Positions 58,713 through 64,000 of a stretch of DNA of 64,000 bases are shown here, one piece after another. The notes below the pieces were generated by a model. It was given only the letters and a program-made list of their open reading frames with translations. It did no database searches and was not told where the DNA came from. Where the stretch lies: the IMG/VR virus record IMGVR_UViG_3300049988_000245, positions 62,742-126,741 of that record. One strand, 5' to 3'. This DNA comes from a virus. The translations under genes and the position numbers were made by a program. Each line of letters starts with the position of its first letter. Position 1 is the stretch's first letter.

Positions 58713-59543
58713 ATGAGCGTTATTCTGAGAGGAAGATTCTCTTCCAATCTAAATGTCAGAATTAGACTTAAGAATGTTCTTCCAAAGATAGTAACAGGTA
58801 TTAGCTCATCTCTGATCACGTCAAGCTCTTTTACGTTGTCGTTTGTTCGAGAATTAGGAGTTACGTATCAGTACACTTTCAATAATGGCGCTACATGGCT
58901 TAATCTACCTTTGGACGGTTCAATAACAGGATTGATTAGTCAGACTTCGTATTCAGTTCGAGTTCGGGGTGTTAACCGGTATGGTGTCGGCCTAATTTCT
59001 GCTGCGACTGTTGTGACGACGCTTTCGGCGTTTGCCTCGTTTGACCCAGCTAGGCTTGGGTCGGGAGTGACACTCAGCAACAGTAACACTACGGTGACCA
59101 TGCCGGGCAGTTGGAAGAGTGCTTTGTGCACTCGGCCTAAGTTCCCAGGAACAGGGCGATACTATCTGGAATTTCAAGGCGGAACTAATGTGAGAATTGG
59201 TATCGTTGATGGCTCTGTAAATCTTGAGACTGAAATTCTTTCTCAGGGATACCCATGTATCTATCCATATGGTGGTATTTTATACAATAAGGGCAGCAAC
59301 CAAGAGACTTCAACGGAGGGAAGTATTATTGCAAATCCGCCTCAAGTTTACGGAATGCTATGGGATAGTTATTCAAGAAAAATAACATTCACTAGAGATG
59401 GTAGAATTCTTTTCGTGCATAGCACTTCTGACCAAATTTCTGGATCGCCGATTTATGCCGCTGTCTCGGCAATCAGTGATTCAATAACCTTGAATTTTGG
59501 TCCTACGTTTAAATACCTTCCGTCCGGGTATACAGCTTGGTAG
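58713..59543 (+). CDS. FN3 plus SPRY/B30.2-like domain virion-associated protein
   Basis: ITGL...TSYSVRVRGVN.YG; GRYYLEF, IGI, LNFG..FKYLPSGYTAW; low GC; TAAATA upstream. Confidence 0.7.
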   Translation: MSVILRGRFSSNLNVRIRLKNVLPKIVTGISSSLITSSSFTLSFVRELGVTYQYTFNNGATWLNLPLDGSITGLISQTSYSVRVRGVNRYGVGLISAATVVTTLSAFASFDPARLGSGVTLSNSNTTVTMPGSWKSALCTRPKFPGTGRYYLEFQGGTNVRIGIVDGSVNLETEILSQGYPCIYPYGGILYNKGSNQETSTEGSIIANPPQVYGMLWDSYSRKITFTRDGRILFVHSTSDQISGSPIYAAVSAISDSITLNFGPTFKYLPSGYTAW

Positions 59544-59624
59544 CGTTTGATTTTTGGCTATGATATGAATCGAAGACCCCTGATGAGATTATCAGGGGTT
59601 TTCAGCTTGTGGTGAGTTAATCTA

Positions 59625-60548
59625 GTGAGAATCTACGCTCTCCTAATACTAACTCTGGTCCCAATAAATGCTAATGCGCGTGGGTTCAATGATTCCCGGC
59701 GAACCTCAGAAGAGGCCATGCGTACGGGAATCCCACAGAGTGTCGAGTCGGTACCGACCGTACCCGGACTTGACGTGTTCGGTACCACCGCGCCGACCGA
59801 TCCTGGCGATCCCGGTGACCTCACGATCACGAACACCAACGACGGACGCATGGGCAAGAGTGGAGGAATCTTCCGCTCGGTCCAATCGAAGACCCAGCTT
59901 GGATACACGTTCGCACCAGATGCATGGATCGCGGTCGCGGCGTTTGATACCGGGACGCGCCTGCGAGGACTTCCAGACATCGGCCCGGACAAGGATCGGT
60001 TCAACTTCGACGGCGGTACCCTGGAATTTCAGTACCGGGTCCTGCATCGCTCCGAAACCAATCCGTTCGCCATCGCACTCGATGTGGAGCCCGCGTGGAA
60101 TCGAATGGACCCCTACTCGGGTCGGACCGAAAGCACGTTCTCGGTCACCCCTAAGATTTTCATCGACGCCGTGGTGATCCCACACGTGCTCTTCTGGGGG
60201 CTGAACCTCTCCTACACCCCGCAGGCCGAACGTGTCGCGGGTCGTTATGTTCGAAGCTCGGGTACGCTGACCTCTACCGCCCTGGTCGTCCAGATTAATT
60301 CGGACGTGTTTTTGGGTGCCGAAGCGCGATATTTCGACGGGTTTTCATCTCTCTCGATCTCGCGAATCTCCGATCAGGCCCTGTTCGTCGGCCCGACCGT
60401 GGTATGGCAGGTGAACGAGAAGCTTGCCGTCAACGCGGCGTTCTCCCCGCAGGTGTTCGGTCGCGCCAAAGGACAGCAGACGGGCAAGCTCGACACTCAA
60501 GCGTTCGAACGTCAAAACTTCCGGCTCAACATCAATTATCAGTTTTAG
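59625..60548 (+). CDS. putative outer-membrane beta-barrel protein
   Basis: Sec signal ending ANA; amphipathic beta strands; C-terminal LNINYQF beta-signal. Confidence 0.6.
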   Translation: MRIYALLILTLVPINANARGFNDSRRTSEEAMRTGIPQSVESVPTVPGLDVFGTTAPTDPGDPGDLTITNTNDGRMGKSGGIFRSVQSKTQLGYTFAPDAWIAVAAFDTGTRLRGLPDIGPDKDRFNFDGGTLEFQYRVLHRSETNPFAIALDVEPAWNRMDPYSGRTESTFSVTPKIFIDAVVIPHVLFWGLNLSYTPQAERVAGRYVRSSGTLTSTALVVQINSDVFLGAEARYFDGFSSLSISRISDQALFVGPTVVWQVNEKLAVNAAFSPQVFGRAKGQQTGKLDTQAFERQNFRLNINYQF

Positions 60549-60847
60549 AGCCAGCGCATCTTGAACGCGAACAGATATTCGGGCTTGCTGAATCCGATTG
60601 GCCAAAGGTCGCCATAGTTCTCGTAGATCGCCCATTCCGGATCGAGTTCGTCGCACCACGCCGCCATCTCATTAGTAAAGCCGCGAGTATAGTTATAGTC
60701 GATCCGACAATCTTCCGGGTACTTGACCCGGAAGTCATACAGGAATTGATTGCAATAGGCCGCATACATGGCACAGGCGTAATGCTCGTTCCGATCCAGA
60801 CCTTCCATGCAATAGTATACGTCAGGGGAAAGACGTTTGAGCCTCAT
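60545..60847 (-). CDS. FKMRW-family mini-protein
   Basis: AWCDEL...KPEYLFAFKMRWL. Confidence 0.8.
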   Translation of the reverse strand: MRLKRLSPDVYYCMEGLDRNEHYACAMYAAYCNQFLYDFRVKYPEDCRIDYNYTRGFTNEMAAWCDELDPEWAIYENYGDLWPIGFSKPEYLFAFKMRWL

Positions 60848-61530
60848 GCGGCGGCCTTTAGATACGCGTCAACGCGGTTCAAGAACGAGTCCATGTGTTT
60901 GTCGAATTCCAACCCCTCAAGGACGAATTCCTTGTAGTCGAGTTCGCGCGAAACCATGAAGATCACACCTCGTTTGATGTCAGTCCCGTACACCTCGTTG
61001 TGAGCGAGCGAGTACGCGCACATCTGATCGAAATAGTCCACGATCATGTCGCGGGTGCGCATCTTCTTCGCCGTCTTGTGATCCATGATCGACGGAATGC
61101 CCTCGTGGACGCCGACGAGATCGGTCATGCCCCCGTAGAGGCCGGGGAAGTACATCGCAACTTCCTGGCCCCAGACCTCGTCCACCTTGGGTAGGCCCTT
61201 GGTGATGATCTGGTCGGCCATCCTGGCGGCCTGGATACGCACGAGGTTGTTCCCGCCCGGCCGGGGAATCCCCATGACGTAGTTCTCGATATGCGTGTGC
61301 ATGAGCGTACCGAGACCGGTCGCTTCCTTGCGCACCCTGTCGGCTTTCTCCTTACCGACCCGCTCCTCCCAAAGCTTGATCTGGGTCTTGTCTGAGGTAC
61401 CCGATAGGATCGTCGTCACGCTCGGGAGCGGTGTTCCATCGGTCGGGTCCATATAGAACCGCGTACCGTCCTCATGGGTGATTCGGGAAATCTCCGGGTA
61501 TTCGAAAAGACGATTCAGTTTAACCGACAT
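60844..61530 (-). CDS. PD-(D/E)XK exonuclease (T4-like phage family)
   Basis: PSVTTIL, GTLMH, GMTDLVG, IMDHKT, QMCAY. Confidence 0.85.
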   Translation of the reverse strand: MSVKLNRLFEYPEISRITHEDGTRFYMDPTDGTPLPSVTTILSGTSDKTQIKLWEERVGKEKADRVRKEATGLGTLMHTHIENYVMGIPRPGGNNLVRIQAARMADQIITKGLPKVDEVWGQEVAMYFPGLYGGMTDLVGVHEGIPSIMDHKTAKKMRTRDMIVDYFDQMCAYSLAHNEVYGTDIKRGVIFMVSRELDYKEFVLEGLEFDKHMDSFLNRVDAYLKAAA

Positions 61531-62160
61531 TTGAAATGCTTTGCCAAAATCAAGAAGGATTTTAGCCTAACAAATCACGCAGTTAATGGTCATAAATATC
61601 TACATGGATACGATCAAGCACTACATCGGAAGGAATTGGTTCGAGCATAAGGAAGCCCTGGCGAAGCACGCGCACGCCAAGGGGTTGAGCACGAATCTCA
61701 AGGTCTACGGTGATCTGATCGAGGGTACGAACAAGCCGCTGAAGGATTTCGCGGATATCTGCACGGACGATCAGCGACTGACCATCACGATCTGCCCCAA
61801 GGGTCAGATTCTCAAGATCAAGATCGGCTAACGAACCACGGCGGTTGTTGGGTCGATTCGACCGGACCTCGCAAACTCTTCGACCTGATCACCCAAGATT
61901 CCCGATACGGGGTCGTACGATAGAACTTCGACCAAGCGCTCACGAGTGAGGGTGTTATTCCTTCTCTTCAAAGCGGTCCCAATCCTGCATCGCCTCGGGA
62001 AGCTCAGCCTCAAGCTCAGCCGACCACGGCTCGGGCTCGTCGCCCCAATTCCGGATGATGTAGTTCTCACGAGTGAACGGGATGGAGTCGCGCTTCATCC
62101 CATAGAGCACCGGATCGGACTCGATCTCTTCCTGCGAGAAGTGAATGACCTTGTCCGACA

Positions 62161-63492
62161 TCAGATATCCCTCTTCTTTGCCCAATCGGGTGTCTCAATA
62201 CCACCGGAGATGTCGTGTATTTGGTTGCGAACCTCGTCGCCACTAACCTTCCCGTCTTGATAAGAATGCCATAGACTCTTGATCGTATCAAGATGCTTGG
62301 CCTTTCCATTGCCATTACCGTTAAAAAGTCCCTTCGCGGCTTCCCAGGTAATCGACTGCATCTCGCGCGGCAGGATGTTACGCTCCTTCGCGGCGCGGCG
62401 GTAGGCATCCGCATAGAGCGGGTACGTCCCGTGGACGCCCGTGATGATCGAGCCCTTTGCCGGGGTGAACGGGGCGCCACCCTGGGCGGTCGCCGGGAGG
62501 GTGTTCTTGAAGTTGTGTGCGACCTCGGTGGTGTTGCCACCGAGGGGGTGCAGAAGGCCAGCGGCGACCGCGTGCGTGTCAATGGTCACGTCGCCGTGGT
62601 GGCCGTTGGGATCGACGATGTTGTTGTAGAAGTTTCGAACCTTGTGACGCTCACCCATGAGGCGAGAAATCTTGTCGATATCCGAATTCGCTTCGATCGC
62701 ACCGATGGCCTTGCTGATCTCCGCAACGGAGCCCCAGCGGAGCTTGGCGTGCTGGTCCGCGTTGTTCGCACCCGCCCCGTAGGCGTCACCGTTCGTGTAG
62801 GTGCGTCCCAGGCGGCCCTCAGGCTCCACCATGGGATAGTAGCTCGGATTGTGAGCCTCGTCGTACGTGCGAATCCAGGCGGCCTTGTGATCGATGTCCA
62901 CGAGCTTTTCCAGCGGTAGGCCACGGATGGCCTCATGGATCGGCTTGTTCCGATCGTTGTGCCAGATACGAAGGGCGGTCTCTTCCATTTCCGGAGTCCA
63001 CGGGGCGTCGCGACGGTTCAGATAGGCGTCGAGCACGCGGTCGCCGATAGAGGCGTTCTCGTGCCATGTCTTCTGCGGACTAAGCGCCGCGTAGACTGCC
63101 GCGACCGCCGCATGGGGGAGGCCGTACTCGTCCGCACGATCCTTGGTCAGCTTGTTCGCGCCGTCGTACCAAAGACGGGCACGGGCGCGCTGATCTTCCG
63201 GCATCTTGTCGTGAAGGAACAGGAGGTTGTCCTTGACGTGGTCGATGAACTTATTCGCCACACGCTCGGACTTGCCCCGGCGATCGTTATGCGGGAGCGC
63301 CGCGTACTTTTTCACCAAGCCGATGTTGTGGTCGAACGACTTCGGATCAGCCTTGGCCGAATCCAAGTCCACAGTCAGATCATGACGGATGTCATCGACC
63401 TTCTTCGAGGTCGGCATACGGGTGGAGATTCGATTAGGATTCTGGGTGACCGCTTCGATCAACCCTTCGATCAGCTTAATAAAATTGCGCAT
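62161..63492 (-). CDS. putative HhH-glycosylase-like protein with head-targeting-like N-terminus
   Basis: WY, AALSPQ, KVRNFYNNI, VTIDTHA, AYRRAA...MQSITW; starts MRNFIKLIE. Confidence 0.6.
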   Translation of the reverse strand: MRNFIKLIEGLIEAVTQNPNRISTRMPTSKKVDDIRHDLTVDLDSAKADPKSFDHNIGLVKKYAALPHNDRRGKSERVANKFIDHVKDNLLFLHDKMPEDQRARARLWYDGANKLTKDRADEYGLPHAAVAAVYAALSPQKTWHENASIGDRVLDAYLNRRDAPWTPEMEETALRIWHNDRNKPIHEAIRGLPLEKLVDIDHKAAWIRTYDEAHNPSYYPMVEPEGRLGRTYTNGDAYGAGANNADQHAKLRWGSVAEISKAIGAIEANSDIDKISRLMGERHKVRNFYNNIVDPNGHHGDVTIDTHAVAAGLLHPLGGNTTEVAHNFKNTLPATAQGGAPFTPAKGSIITGVHGTYPLYADAYRRAAKERNILPREMQSITWEAAKGLFNGNGNGKAKHLDTIKSLWHSYQDGKVSGDEVRNQIHDISGGIETPDWAKKRDI

Positions 63493-64000
63493 TACTTAGC
63501 CGCGAGAATCGTAAGAGTGGGGGCTTCGAACCGAACGACAAAGTAGGGCGCAAGAGCCTGATTGAGGCGTGCCCACTGTTCCGGCGTGACCTTATTGATC
63601 GGGCTGCGCTGGTCGATCTCACGAGAGAACGAGCGATCCTGCTCCAGGGCACGGGCCAGCTTGTTCATACCGGATTCGTGAATGTTCAGAGACGAGCAGA
63701 GGTTGTCAAAGGCCGCTTCCATACCCTGATCAGTACCATCGAAGGCGAGTTCATTAACGACTTGCTCGCGCACCTGGGGAGCTTCAGCGTGCTCAACCCA
63801 ATACTGATACTCTTTGATGTAGTGGGACTGCTTCACGTCGTTGTGGTCAAGGATATTGTGACCACCCGGATTTGCATGGTTCGCAACCAGATCAGCGTCA
63901 GCTTCTTCGTAGCTCTTGAATGGGCCGTAGCAATCGACCTCTTCATCGCGCCAGTTGTACTTTTCCTCGTCGCTAGTAAACCGCTCGAACGCGTAATACC
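63492..64000 (-). CDS. hypothetical protein, 5' end outside the window
   Basis: Frame stays open from 63836 to the window edge; TAATG-coupled to the next gene. Confidence 0.6.
   Translation of the reverse strand, partial: YYAFERFTSDEEKYNWRDEEVDCYGPFKSYEEADADLVANHANPGGHNILDHNDVKQSHYIKEYQYWVEHAEAPQVREQVVNELAFDGTDQGMEAAFDNLCSSLNIHESGMNKLARALEQDRSFSREIDQRSPINKVTPEQWARLNQALAPYFVVRFEAPTLTILAAK

Noticed and set aside
61828..61952. LTRERLVEVLSYDPVSGI segment resembling an HNH endonuclease N-terminus
   Set aside because: Ends after about 40 codons with no catalytic motif; at most a remnant.
1..64000. Genome-wide stop-codon reassignment
   Set aside because: nrdA, nrdB, kup and the other long genes are intact in code 11, and all three stops are used at gene ends.

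Overview
This 64-kb, GC-rich window appears to come from a large tailed phage with T4-like features, probably infecting an alphaproteobacterium. Evidence for phage: TAAATA late-promoter motifs, TTGACN-16-TA(T/C)ATT early promoters, nrdA/nrdB/glutaredoxin, PAAR and tail-fibre-like genes, an M15 endolysin and several free-standing HNH/GIY-YIG endonucleases. Evidence for the host: a permuted two-piece tmRNA, CtrA-like TTAACCA half-sites and a kup gene. Main observations: (1) a coupled four-gene operon at 46.5-48.5 kb encodes complementary fragments of a T4-like major capsid protein, two of them behind twin-arginine-type signal peptides, plus a stand-alone portal 'clip' fragment; (2) about 25 paralogous mini-genes end in an A-x-x-F-[KR]-[ML]-R-W motif and often form stop/start-coupled arrays; (3) a plasmid-type Rep initiator has two iteron-like repeat clusters and a nearby ParB-like gene; (4) there is a phage tmRNA with a variant tag and several candidate structured RNAs; (5) an Acb1/gp57B-like 2H phosphoesterase and other proteins share a putative head-targeting N-terminus. 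All family calls come from motif recognition by eye, with no database search.
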